Shown one piece after another: positions 1 through 11,600 of a stretch of 64,000 nucleotides of DNA (positions are counted from its first letter, which is position 1; the number at the start of each line of letters is the position of its first letter). The DNA lies in NCBI GenBank assembly GCA_000091205.1, contig AP006501.2, one strand, 5' to 3'. The position numbers and the translations under genes are program-made. Under the pieces are notes generated by a model. It saw only the letters and a program-made list of their open reading frames with translations. It was not told where the DNA came from and did no database searches. The stretch comes from Cyanidioschyzon merolae. Taxonomy: Eukaryota.

Positions 1-657
1 GAAGTCGACACTCTTCTCCGCGAGAAATCGCACGCGATCGCTCTCTACGGCCGCGAAGCAGACCAGAGATGCGTCAATAATGGTCGGCGCGTGGGTAATG
101 ATATACTTTTGACGCTGAAGCACGTCCGCTTCTGCTTCCCGAAACCGACTCTCCGCCTCGTACATGAGATCGCGCAATGGTGCCAATGTCTTCTCATCTG
201 TTTTCGCTCGTTCTTTATCCTCGACGACCGCGCGGCGTGCATCGTAATCCTTAGCAAGCTTCTCCAGCCGGACGGAGCGCTCGCGGCATTCCCGTAAGCG
301 ACTCTGGAATTCTTTGATGTACTGCAGCAAGCGGGTCGATCCTTTCTCGCCCGCCCCAAGATGATGGTTACGCATCTCTTCCGAGATCGTTTTCGCTAGT
401 GAGGCGATACGATCAGCGTGCTCTCTTCGCTCTGAATCACCCTGTTGGCTTTCCGTCTGCTGCAGTTCGTTCGCGTAAAGCACCGTGAGCTCACCGATAC
501 GCACCCAACTCGTCTGAAACTGGTCCAGGAAACGCACCAGTTTGCCAAGTTGGGTCTCGATTTTGTTCACTGTCTTTTTATTTTCCTCATATTCTTTCAA
601 AGGAGTACGGTCGATTCGCGCAAAGTTGCGCTTCCAACAGAAACACGAGCACGCCAT
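1..657 (-). CDS. Partial CDS whose 3' part lies beyond the window start. The N-terminal 219 codons are open in one frame, beginning MACSCFCWKRNFARIDRTPLKEYEENKKTVNKIETQLGKLVRFLDQFQTSWVRIGELTV... It is a BAR/AH-domain-like amphipathic coiled-coil protein. The supplied ORF track does not list it because the frame runs off the edge.
   Basis: Manual reverse-complement translation of 1-657 gives an uninterrupted frame ending exactly at base 1. The composition is K/E/I/L-rich with a heptad-like pattern, unlike the Arg/Ala-rich spurious ORFs around it. The ATG is at 657-655. Confidence 0.45.
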   Translation of the reverse strand, partial: MACSCFCWKRNFARIDRTPLKEYEENKKTVNKIETQLGKLVRFLDQFQTSWVRIGELTVLYANELQQTESQQGDSERREHADRIASLAKTISEEMRNHHLGAGEKGSTRLLQYIKEFQSRLRECRERSVRLEKLAKDYDARRAVVEDKERAKTDEKTLAPLRDLMYEAESRFREAEADVLQRQKYIITHAPTIIDASLVCFAAVESDRVRFLAEKSVDF

Positions 658-1068
658 ATGCGTAGCTGGTTGTTCGCCAGCGCAGCCCCAGCGATGCACG
701 TATCAGTGGGGGCAATGCGTGCGCACAACCCCAATGCGTGTCTGCGTGCGCGCGCGGTGCTGTCCCAATGGGCGATGCGAGGCGTCGGCGCGCCGGCCGC
801 CACGAGGCCACGAGGCATCCAGAATGGTATTTGCGAGAACATGGACAAATGGGATTGCAGCGTCCCGTTCGCCCTGCGTCGTCACGCCCGGTCGCCGTGC
901 ATGTGCTCGTCTCCGGACGGGTTGATGTGCGGCCTGCGCGCTCCGAGCGCGAGTTCGATGGGCGATTCAGGATGCCTTGGGTATTTTTGTTCTATCCAGT
1001 GCAGCATGCAATGGAAAAGGTCGCGTCATTCGGGTGTCCAAGGTAAAGTTTTCGTCTTTTTCGATCTT

Positions 1069-2360
1069 CATGAACACCAGGCTGTGCGGGATTTTTCTCC
1101 AACTGACTCTTTTTCCTCTTTCTCGTATCCGGCATGAAACACGCTGGTCACGGTTTCGCTCCAGCGCCGTTGTAGGCATGCAAACGATGTTGATGGCAGC
1201 GTGCAAGTCCCGATTTCGCCGATGCCGGCTCTCGTTCAAGCATTTCATTCGCACTCAACAATACCGCAAGCAACAGATCCTCTTTGTGTACCGTGTAGAC
1301 GCGCAGCTCGCACCGGTGTCACTCGACTGTGGTCAGGTGTTCCTGGAGGTCCGTCGCAGCGCCTCATGCTTCGAGCGCTGCACACGCGCCGGACCGGTGC
1401 AGAGGCCTCGCTTCGATGCCGTCCTCCGGTTCCGCGCCCGGTGCCGTACCCTGCGATCATGGGCTTCTTCTGGGTAAGACCTTCGGCGAGGACTCTGTCT
1501 GATGCATGCGCACGAGCACGCTGATCCCGTCGATAACGTTTGCGTCGGACGCGATGTTGCTCATGATGAAACAAGCACTGAAATGGAAATCGACGCTCGA
1601 GGATACGTCGACGACTTTTGCGCTGTCTACGCCGCCTCCATGTTGGGCGCTGACGCATGCTCCTTTGTGAGCGATCGCTGCGATGACTCGATTCCGATCC
1701 CAAGGCTCTCGCCGATGCAACCAGAAGCGTCGAGCGTTTCTGTGGGCGCATCCCGTGACAACTGTGATGCTGCTGTCGGAGGCCTTTTCGATGAAGGCCA
1801 CAAAGAAAGAGGCACTTGCGTATCGAACGGAATCGATGTGTTGAGGAGGCGAGCTCCGCGAACGCTCGGCAACAGCTCGTCATACAGTCGCTTACGGACG
1901 ACGGCAGTTCTTTTGTGTCGTCGTCACCATCATCGTCGTCGTCGTCGTCGTCGTCGTCATACCAGCAGCGCAAATCGCAGTGTCCATGAGTTGCTTTGAG
2001 GGACGCGCACCGAATCGCTGCAGAAAGCGTGATTTGACCAGAGCAACCGTTAGGAAACGAAAAGAGTGAACGAGCGTGCGGATACATTGGATCCTGGTAT
2101 CGATTGCTTTACGGTGCCCTGCTCGAAGGTGCCGTATGTTGTTTTCATGACGATGACGGAAGGAATTTCAGCACCAAGGATTCGGAAAAGCACACCCCGA
2201 GAAGACGCCCCAGAGTCTTAAACCTGCGTCTGTATCCGTGAGCCCGTATGGCTGCGCTGCGAATATCGAGGATTGTGATGTAGAAAAGTTCAATGAAAAC
2301 ATCAAGGCAGGAGCAGAGCGCGCACTTCAGTGTTCCCTACAACCCTTATACGAGTGCAGG
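1069..2360 (+). repeat. Copy A1 of a 1.3-kb near-identical direct repeat; its partner is 14733-16031. It contains a (GTC)8 run and low-complexity ORFs and has no recognisable coding content.
   Basis: ORF pairs are almost identical: 1245..2087 versus 14909..15748, 1457..1801 versus 15121..15465, and 1502..1999 versus 15166..15660. By DNA comparison the homology starts at catgaacaccaggctgtgcgg (1069 and 14733) and ends at cgagtgcagg (2360 and 16031). Differences are a 3-bp (GTC) indel and a few substitutions. Confidence 0.8.
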
Positions 2361-2809
2361 GGTATCGGCTCGAGGCGGCAAGCGCATAGATCGCGCAAAG
2401 GTGCCGTCTGCACAATTGGAGGTTGCACAGCGGTGCTGGCGGCTAGAACAAATCGCAAGCAGGCACCAACTTCTAGGCAACCGGCGCTGAGCGCTAGCGC
2501 ACGCCAAAAACCCTGCGGTACTGGCGGCACATGACGGGCTGCAGCGCCTGCATCAGCTGCGGACCCGCACCTATGATGCTGTGGTTGTACAGTGCGCCCG
2601 GAGTGCACCTCTCCCATACCGTTTACTGAACAGCACCTCCCATATGAAAATCATACACGCGAAGAACTATGGTACATGGATAGCGGAGAATAGGCGATGC
2701 AGGAGACCACGGCACGCTGGCGTCATCGAAAAGTAGAGAATGCTGCGTCGCGATGGGTAACGCTGAAACCCTTCTTCGCTGATGCACGACGCGAAGCACC
2801 CGCCCTGAT

Positions 2810-4312
2810 TCACACGTCCAAAACATGAAGGTTACCGGTAACCACGCAGTTCTCGAGCCGAGACCCCGCCGGAATATCAATAGACGCTCCCGGCTGGGCG
2901 ACAATGATGACCGTACCGCTCAGTTTGCAGCGTTTGCCGAAGCGCACACTGCCACTGACAGTTAATGACTCTAATTCTAAAATATCCGGCATACTCTCGA
3001 AACGGCTACTAAAGTCGCTCACTTTTTTGAATTCTGGACCCAACCGAATGACTGGCGTGCCGAGTTCAGCCGGACGCTCCGGATTCATACTAACATACCC
3101 CGAGACGATATTATAGAGATTACTTTGAATCAAGAGCAGATCGGATGTTGTCTTGACGGGCAGGAAACGGCTCCGTGGAACGTTAATACCCATGACGCGC
3201 TGGAAATGGGTAATGGCAGCACCCATAGCCGTCTCGAGCTGCAGCACGGTTTCGCCTTTCACAGTCTTCGTGTTGGGGATAATATCCAGCTCCATGGAGC
3301 CAGGTCCTCTGTCCATGATTCGCTTGAGCGCCTTGAGTTGGATCCACAAACTATTGGTATTGAATACTCGGAATTTGGATATGTTCTGGAAATCTCCCAA
3401 GTGCTCCTTATCGACCTGCGCGACTTCTAGCAACCTCGGCTTGCCTTGGTACGTGATCAGCGTGCCTCCTTTCCGATCGGAGCGAGTTCTCGTTGCCATT
3501 TCGATTGTAAATTCAACCTGATGATCCGCGATTGCTTTGAGAATCCGCGTATCCAAGGACGCTCCAAGGTTGTCACTGTTACTCACGAATATCCATTCCT
3601 TGCCCTCGGCGAGCAGCCGATCCAGCATGCCCGATTGCAGAAGCGCATCATACATGTCGCCGTGACCCGGCGGGTACCAGTCCTCCTTGTCGTACACTTC
3701 AGAGTCGAGGCACAGGGGTCGCAGTGTGTCGCGCACCAGACGCGGATACCTAGACTGCTGAAACGTACGAATCGGAATGAGATCCTCGTACTTTCGAATG
3801 ACTTTCAGTGTATCCGCATCCGTGTTAAAACTATTCATTAGGAGAAGAGGCACCTTGATTTGATACCGCTTGTTGATGGACTCGATCTGCTTCACGATAA
3901 TGTCCAAAAACGTCTGTCCCGAGCGGATTTCGATCACGGACTTGGGGCCCGAGCACCCCATCGAGGTGCCGAGGCCTCCGTTCAGCTTCAGTACAGCGAC
4001 GCGGCTTAGAAGCGCTCGCGCCTCAGTTTCGTTCGGTTCGGGTAGTTCTGCGTAGGGTCGCAATAGCTCCGCCGATGGCGGCTGGATCTGGTCCCAATCC
4101 AGTGCCGCGGACGCACTGGAGCGCGTCTCCAGGTACCGACCCAACAGGTGCACAAAACCCTGTTGTTCTGCTTCGCTCATGCGTGCACGTACGTCAGTCG
4201 CCCTTTCATTGATTTGACGTATTTCCTCCAACAGTGCCTTCTCCAGAGACTTGTCTGTGAGGTGAGCGAAGTTCGCAAAAGAGGCATCGTGGCTGGTTCG
4301 CACCAAAGGCAT
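2810..4312 (-). CDS. UTP--glucose-1-phosphate uridylyltransferase (UDP-glucose pyrophosphorylase), 500 aa, single exon
   Basis: UGPase signature LKLNGGLGTSMGCSGPKSVIEIR and overall UGP-family collinearity over 500 aa. Confidence 0.85.
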   Translation of the reverse strand: MPLVRTSHDASFANFAHLTDKSLEKALLEEIRQINERATDVRARMSEAEQQGFVHLLGRYLETRSSASAALDWDQIQPPSAELLRPYAELPEPNETEARALLSRVAVLKLNGGLGTSMGCSGPKSVIEIRSGQTFLDIIVKQIESINKRYQIKVPLLLMNSFNTDADTLKVIRKYEDLIPIRTFQQSRYPRLVRDTLRPLCLDSEVYDKEDWYPPGHGDMYDALLQSGMLDRLLAEGKEWIFVSNSDNLGASLDTRILKAIADHQVEFTIEMATRTRSDRKGGTLITYQGKPRLLEVAQVDKEHLGDFQNISKFRVFNTNSLWIQLKALKRIMDRGPGSMELDIIPNTKTVKGETVLQLETAMGAAITHFQRVMGINVPRSRFLPVKTTSDLLLIQSNLYNIVSGYVSMNPERPAELGTPVIRLGPEFKKVSDFSSRFESMPDILELESLTVSGSVRFGKRCKLSGTVIIVAQPGASIDIPAGSRLENCVVTGNLHVLDV

Positions 4313-5634
4313 CGTGTTCGGGTAAGAGTGTGGACACCGCTCCAGAGCTCTTCACTCGTTTCAAGCACGCACGACGCTCAAGTAAGTAGACTTGTCTTGA
4401 CCTTGCTTCAAATTAGAGCAGTAAGTCACCAGTAACGAGCTTGCTGGTGCCGTTCACAGTGATACCACCTACTTGAACAACGAAGAACACGTGTGAAGTC
4501 TCCGTCGTCGCCTGCTATTTACCCGGCGCGTGGCGCATTGCGCGCATTATTGCCACACGAGCGCCTTTGGATCGCCGCGCATTCGCTGGCTGCCTGCCTG
4601 CCTGCGTCGCAGCGAATGCCGACACGTATACGCGCCGTACGCAGGCACGCACGTAGACCACACATCGCGCGGCGCCCGAGCGGATCGCCCGCCAGCTGGA
4701 GCGCGCGTTGATCCGCTGAATGCTGGAGCGCGCGCTAAGCGTACCCCGAGCACACCAGTGAACGAGACGTCCATTTCATGTCCGGAACGAGAACGTCACG
4801 TCGTTCTGTCTGCGCTGTGCAGGGCACTGATCGTCGCGGCGAACGGCTGGGATACAAACGAGACATCCACAGTCGTTGAGCGGATGGAATCTCGGACGCC
4901 CGGCTTGCAGACTGATCAGGCGCACGCGGAACGGCAGATTCACTGTGAATGTGCTGTAGGCTTTTGTTTGATTCGCGGGAACATGCATGCATGCATCCAG
5001 GGCATCTCCCTTGGAACACGGACGCTAGACCAAGAACAATCGTAGGCGGGTGCATGCGTGCGCAGTGGCAGCACGCATGGTGCATTGCATGCGTGCATGC
5101 ATTTCCCGCGCAAACGCCTGGAGCCGGGGCATGCCAGCGCTGCGCTCATAGACGCGTTCCGTACAAAGCAGCGCGCTTCAGGGCACTGCACGCTCTCCGG
5201 GGTGCTCGTTGGGGTCATTCCGTCGCGGTATCCTGCTCTTCCCAGCGAGTAGCTGCCCAAAGTCGAATGCCTGCGTGACGTCTACGTGAGTTTTCAGCGG
5301 CAGCGCGTCAGGTGACCTCGGAGCGCGCTGCCTCGAGGGTGCAACGGACAACTTGGCAAGAGGCGCCACTCGCGTCCGGTGCTCGCATCAACAGCTGGGT
5401 TGAAGCTTGAGCGGAGGCGTTTTTATAGCCGCGTAGACAAGAATCAGTGACAACAACACGTCGTTTAGGATGATGCGCGGCTGGCGTGTGTGCAGCCTAA
5501 AGGCGGGGCGTGCACGTTGCACGGGTGCCGGCACCCTCGTGGACGCTTCGATTGCACTCGGACGCGCTTGCTGGTAGCGGTAAGCGCGGACCGCTCCACG
5601 CCGACTTGCACGTTAGCTGGGTACGTGCGCAGCG

Positions 5635-8600
5635 CTACGGGTCAAAGCCCAGGGCCTTGCGATATGCAGCCTCCTCGCGCCAGGTGAGGCGATCACGGAC
5701 CCAGTCGCCGCTGGAAGTGCGACGTCGATATCTCGGACGATTTGTCCCGCCGCCGAAGATATCGACCAGGTCGCAGGTATGGACGCGGGGAAATATGGTG
5801 TCTGGATCGACACGCGTTTGCTCGATTAATGCTCCATAGAGACGATGGCTCCGCGCCCATTCCGGTATGAGGTGCCGCTTAGCAGCGGGCACCGCAGCGC
5901 TCTCATCATCCGAGGCATCCGCCGAGTGGTGTCGCTCCGGAGTCAGCGGGTACTCCGCGGGAGCCTCGTCCGCGGCGGCAGCAGCAGCAGCAGCAGCAGC
6001 GGCAGCAGCTATCTGGGACGCTGGCTTTGTCCCATGCGACTTGAGCAGACCACTCGCTACGACCTGTTGTTGACGGAGCGGCGCAAGACGTGCCTGCTGG
6101 CGCTCGGTCTCCAGTGCGAGCCTTCTTTGATGCTCCAAAATGCGGCGTCGTTTCTCCTCGCGCCGTTGGCGGTATGCGTCCTGGACATCGAGGGGCGCCT
6201 CTGCATCCACGGGAGCTTGCCTTGGAGATGGATTCCCGTTGAGATCGACCAGGGGCTTCACTGCTGTGCGCGAAGGCGTCGCTGAGACAGGCGTAAGCGA
6301 CGTCGTGTCCACTGCTGTGGGTTGTTTCAGCGAAGCTGGGACGCAGTTCGGCGAGGCGCGCTGATCCATCCGACTCTTGAGCGTCTCGGGGCTGGGCGAA
6401 GCCCCGCGCACGCGCTTGCTCGATTGAGGCATTGTGGCTATGACGATCCGGTAACGAGACGGGCTGCTCCTTGCGTGCCCCAGCGTTGCCCATGCTTTGT
6501 TTGGTGACGGTTTCAGCACCGAATTTGTGCCGGTGGCTTGCAGCTCAGTGGCGTTCTGCAGCGGTTCTACTTGCATGCGCGCTGGTGAATGCGTCTGACG
6601 AGTGGAAACCGCTCCAGCGGAAATTGTAGCGGATGCGGTGGCGACGGCAGCGTTCCCCGGCAGACCATAGCCGCTGACATCCTGCTCCAGCGGAGGCGAT
6701 GGCGCAGCTCTCGACGTGGAGCGCCCGGTGCGATGGCGATCCTCGCACATTTCGTGCTGGACCGTCGAGCTTCGGTCGCCGGCAGCTCCCACAGCTTCGA
6801 TCCGACTGGGACTGGGGCACACCGGGAGCGCTCCAGCACGCATCGCGCGCAACCGCTCGATGCGCGTGCGCAGGGCCTCGGTTCTCGAGAGCCTGCTAGA
6901 AACACCGCCAGGAGCACCGCCAGGTCCCGGCTGGCGCTCACCACCAGGCGCAGCTGCAGCGTAGAGGGTATGGTGCGGCATGGGCGTTCCACTGGCGTGC
7001 GCTGGTGGCATGATCGTTTCGTCTACCGCTGCGGGAGCGCGCTTCGGGTCTGCAAGTCGCAGTGCGTGAGCGTCGTAGCCGTCGTATGCGACGCTGGTTG
7101 ACGCTGCCGGCGCCCTACGAACGGAAAGCAGCATCTCCGTCGCAGTTTGCGAGCGCTCGAGCGCATGGAACGACCCGTCTATCGCGTTCGTGGCGTCAGA
7201 TGGACTGCGCGATCGTGAGCGTCTCGCTTGCTGGTCACTTGCACCAGCTGCACTCAATGGCGAGCGAGGACGGCTGGGCCTCGCTAGTTTGGCGTTGGCA
7301 GTCGTCGCCTGGCCGGAATCCGGTACCAGCGACGCTGCCGCTGCCGCTGCCGCTGCTGATGGCGCTAGTTCGACCGGCGCCGCGCAGCTCGGCATCGCTA
7401 CCGAACTGGAGTCGCTCGCCACAGCGGGTTGCTGTGCCGCGTCCGCCGCGCAGTCCGGGTTCCCGACTCGCCCATTCGCTGCATCCTGGCCACATGACCC
7501 AGCTCGGATCGCATCCGCGTTTTCCGCAAGTGCGCCGTTGTCGTCGCTCGGTACTGTGGCCAATTTTGGGTCGCATTCGAGCGTCTGTTCCAGTTGGAAA
7601 ATCTGGCCTTCAATGTCGGTCGCATTCACGAACGAGCCGGGGCCGGATGCGGTTGGCGAAGCGCAGCGCGCGCGATAAACCTGTTCTGGGCTCGCAACCG
7701 AGTCGATTGGCGCCATCGCGAACGCGGCAACTGGCCGATGCGCTGGCGCAGGTGACGCGGACCCACGGCCCGGGTGCATTGTATGCCGCCCGGGGCTCAG
7801 TGAAGCCGAACGCTCGCGTGTACCCTTCATCTGCGCTTGAGATGCCGTCACGCCCTCCATTGTGTAGGCGCTGTTCTCGGGCAGAGCGCTGGACGTGCCC
7901 AGCTGGCGCATCGCCGCCGACGCTTGCGCATCAACAGCCGAAGCTTCCGTGGTAGCATTGCCACTGGCACTCAGGGCATGCTGCGCTCGCGCGAAGGTTG
8001 GCAGCGGCAATGGCGTTATCGGCGCGACAGCTCCTCGATGCACAGACGATCGGCGTCGTGCCCGAACCGTCTCTGTGGCATTCTCCGTGGAAAACGATTC
8101 AGCATGGTCGCTCGGGTGGCATTCGGCGGCGAAGTCGCTGCAGGTGACGCTGCCGGCACGCTGGGCGCCATTCGTCAAGGCCATCATTGTGCGGATCGCC
8201 TCTGGCGCCGCAACCTTTTGGGGTTCGTTGTATTCGAGCTGTGCGCTGTTCCGCTCTGGATCCACTAACGACCGCCGCATTGGCGGTGATTGCGAAAGCA
8301 TTGCGGAGCTACGTCGATTCGGTGCTGTTCGATGCACCGGAGACGATAGATGCGATGCCGGGGTACGCAGTGAGCGCTCCTTGGTCTGGGAGCACGCTGC
8401 CGGTGTTCGGGGCAGGGCCTCATCGCCCGCTTCGGCAGCGTTCATCCGCGGCGAATGCCCTGAAGCGTTATCAAAAGCTGGGCGCGTTGCGAGAGACCCT
8501 GGAGTATGCCACTCGTTGCCAGCAGGGGCCTGTAGCGAAGCCTGAACACCCCTGATGGTCTCTGTGGCAACGTCTTGGCCGGGATTTGTCACAGTGCAAT

Positions 8601-11600
8601 GTGTGCGACTGTTCGCATCGATAGTGACTGATGCGCGCGACATCATCTGGCTCGGCGACATGGTGCCTGACCCTGAGCGATGCTTACGAATCGAGTCAGA
8701 TGGCACATTAGCCGCAAAGCGCGTCTCCTGCAAAGACGCTGCACGGCGTCTGCTGGACATCGATGGCGATACACCGGTTTTTGGTGTCGGCGCTGGCGAC
8801 GCCCTTATCGACATTCGTTGCCATCGCGCTCTATCTGCGATATTCTCGGTGACGTTTTGGAGGCTGGACCGCGGAGCTGCACCACCCCCAGACGCTGCTC
8901 TGGATTCGGCTGGGATTTCGCAACTGCTCGCCACGGTCCCGGTGACTTGCTCGAGCGATGACCTCACTCCTGGACACCGTTCACCCACATCTGGTGCCAT
9001 TCCATCGACGTCGTTCTCGGATGGGGCGTGTTGCGGACTAAAGCGCAGCGCGGCAGGCAACTGACCCTGAATGCACCAAGAGAGAGGGTTCAGTGGTGAA
9101 TCAGCAGCGCTGGGCGATGGCGACTGCGCTGCTGCAGGCTGTTCAGCGGCAGGTGCGGGCATCGATTCGCAGCGAAACGCAGATGACGGATCAGTAGCCA
9201 GAGGTATGCTCGCGGCCTCCGTGCGCATAGCTGTGTCCTCGTCCGCGATGCCATTATCATGCGGTTGTCGCGGTGATGGCGGCGAGACGTCCCCGAGCAC
9301 CAACGAGCGCGTCGGAAGATGCTTGGGGCAGGGACTGCATGCCTCGACTGCTGCCCCGCTGGATGGAATATCGCCGCGCGGCGGCGTCCATTGCCTGTGA
9401 TGCATATCGCTTGGCGGCGTTTCCGACACTGCTGCAGCTTTTTGCGATACGAACGATGATCCGTGAACAGCTAGCCTGGCGCTTTCGACCCGAGGCGTCG
9501 TTGGCGTCGTACTGGGCCCAGGCAGGCGCAGCGCATCGGCCGCTGCGGCTCCAGAGGGATCCACAGATGTCGATTCCGCGGGCGCGAAATTTTCGCCTTG
9601 CGGGTCGCTCAGGGCCGCGGGCGAAGCTGCCAATGCTGCAGCTGGACAAGCACTGGATGTCCCTGAGCCATGTACGGGGTCTGAAGCGGCCTCCGCAGGG
9701 TCCTGCTTCACCAAAGCCGCCGCCGCCGCCGCCGCCGCCAAATCGATACGGGCTTGGCTCGTCGACGGTCGACGTTCTGGATGCGACTCTGAATGTGCAG
9801 CAGATGTCGAGGCCGGGTGATGCACATCGTACCGCGGCGAAGGCAGCGCTTTGCTGGCACTCCCTGCAGCCGATGCCGAATCGTCGGCTTGCGCGGACGT
9901 CCAGTTTGAATGAATCTCTCCAGCAGTGGACGGCTCTATGGGCACCGGCTCCTGCTCGGTTGCTGCTTGCTTCTGATGTATTCCAGCTGACGCATGGGGC
10001 GCATCCGCCGCTCCGTTTCGTGTTCGAATGATGCACGGGCTCGTGAACGAAACGTTGTGCGCATCGCGAATTTGCACTCGAGTCTGAAGCCCTGGCAGGG
10101 CTCCATTGAGACTTTCCGATATTGCCACCGGAAGCGAGGGACGCGATCGATTGCATAGGCGGGCGCTTTTTTCAGGCAGCGAAGCGCTTCGCCTGTTATT
10201 CGCGCCTCGGCCCTGATCCGGTGATATGGTGTCTGGAGCCCTCGATGTTGCGCGCCGAGCACCATGCATCGACTGCTGCCGCTCCGCTCGTTTCGACGAC
10301 GCTGTTCTTGGCGATGCCATGCCTCTGGATACCGGCGGTAGGGACGTGTTCTGCAGAGCGTCTTGGGGACGGCGCCGACGCCGTCGTGTTCGGGTCGGCA
10401 TTCGCTCGGGACTAGCGGGCGCTAGGCGCTTGATTACCGACGACTCCCGCGCTGCTTTGTCCGCACCAGAGCGTGACCTGGACGGCGGCGCCTGCCGTTG
10501 ACGGCGTCTCGGCATTGGCGCTCGCGGTGCTCGTCGCGTTTGCTCTGGAGTGCTCTGGCCCAGCGATATGTTCGTCATGGGCGTCATTCTGCTCGTGTTG
10601 GGTTGGTCGACAGCTGCGCTCAGGTTAGGAGCGCTTGGCGCGCACTTTTCGCAGAACCAATCCTTCTGGGGCACCTGGTCCAGCGGCGGCCTACAGCAGT
10701 ACGTGTGGAAACAGTCATCGCATCGATCACATAGAAGCATCAGATGGGGGTCCTCCATGCCCTTGCATCGTCGGCAGTACGTCTCGTCCTTGTGCGGGGT
10801 TCGATTCTCCGCCTTGGCCCGTGAGAACGGCGACAGTAGCTCTAGGGCCAATGCCCGCGCACGATCTGCAGTGCTTTGCTGATGCCGTCGAGCAGTCGCA
10901 CGGGGTGCTCGTGTGGCGAGGTCGTTCGCGTGCGTCTCAGACGATGGCGCTACTCGAGCCAGACCAGAATCTCGCCGTTTTTTCGGTCGCAACGGTACAG
11001 CGGATGCACCTGAGTCTGCCTCTGCTCCATCAGCGGCACATGTGGAAGAGGGTCGTGAGAAGCGCGCGCTTCCAACGCGCTGCACGGGCGACGCGCGGGC
11101 ACCATGTAAGGCCGGTGCTGCTGCATTTAGCACCGCATCGCGCTTAGGTGAAACGGGTTGCGCTTCCTGCTCAGATGCGTGCTGTGGCGGAGCACGCTTT
11201 CGTTGCACGCGTGACCTTTTGGTGGCTTGCGAGGTGCGACCGGCTGTCTCTCTCGTTGATCGCCCGCAGGCGATACTGAGCGCATCCGTTTCCGCTGGTG
11301 CTGCCCTTTCGGCTGCCTGTATCGAGGGTGACCGGTGAGAGCGGCGGTCTTGGCGCTGTGCGCGCTCTCTTATGCCTCGTCGCTGGTTCGTTTGACGCTG
11401 CCCTGCGTTGGAGGCAGGCGATCCAAGCGGCGACTCTGGCGGTGCAGGTGTGCGCTGCTGTTCTCGGGTGCCAGCGTAACGCTCCGATGGAATGTTGGGG
11501 CGCTCGTCTTGCATGAGCTGTTGATCATTGTTCTCGTCGTGGAACGCGAACTGATCGGATTCTGCTGCAGCGGCACGTTCCAACGATGACGACGACGGCA

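Noticed and set aside
6545-10265. Many long ORFs (100-300 aa) on the plus strand and in alternative minus frames overlapping the INCENP-like gene, for example 7062..7955, 7895..8545, 9257..10156 and 9273..10031
   Set aside because: Their Arg/Ala/Gly/Pro-dominated composition is typical of stop-codon-poor GC-rich DNA. They are antisense to, or out of frame with, a gene that has strong domain evidence.
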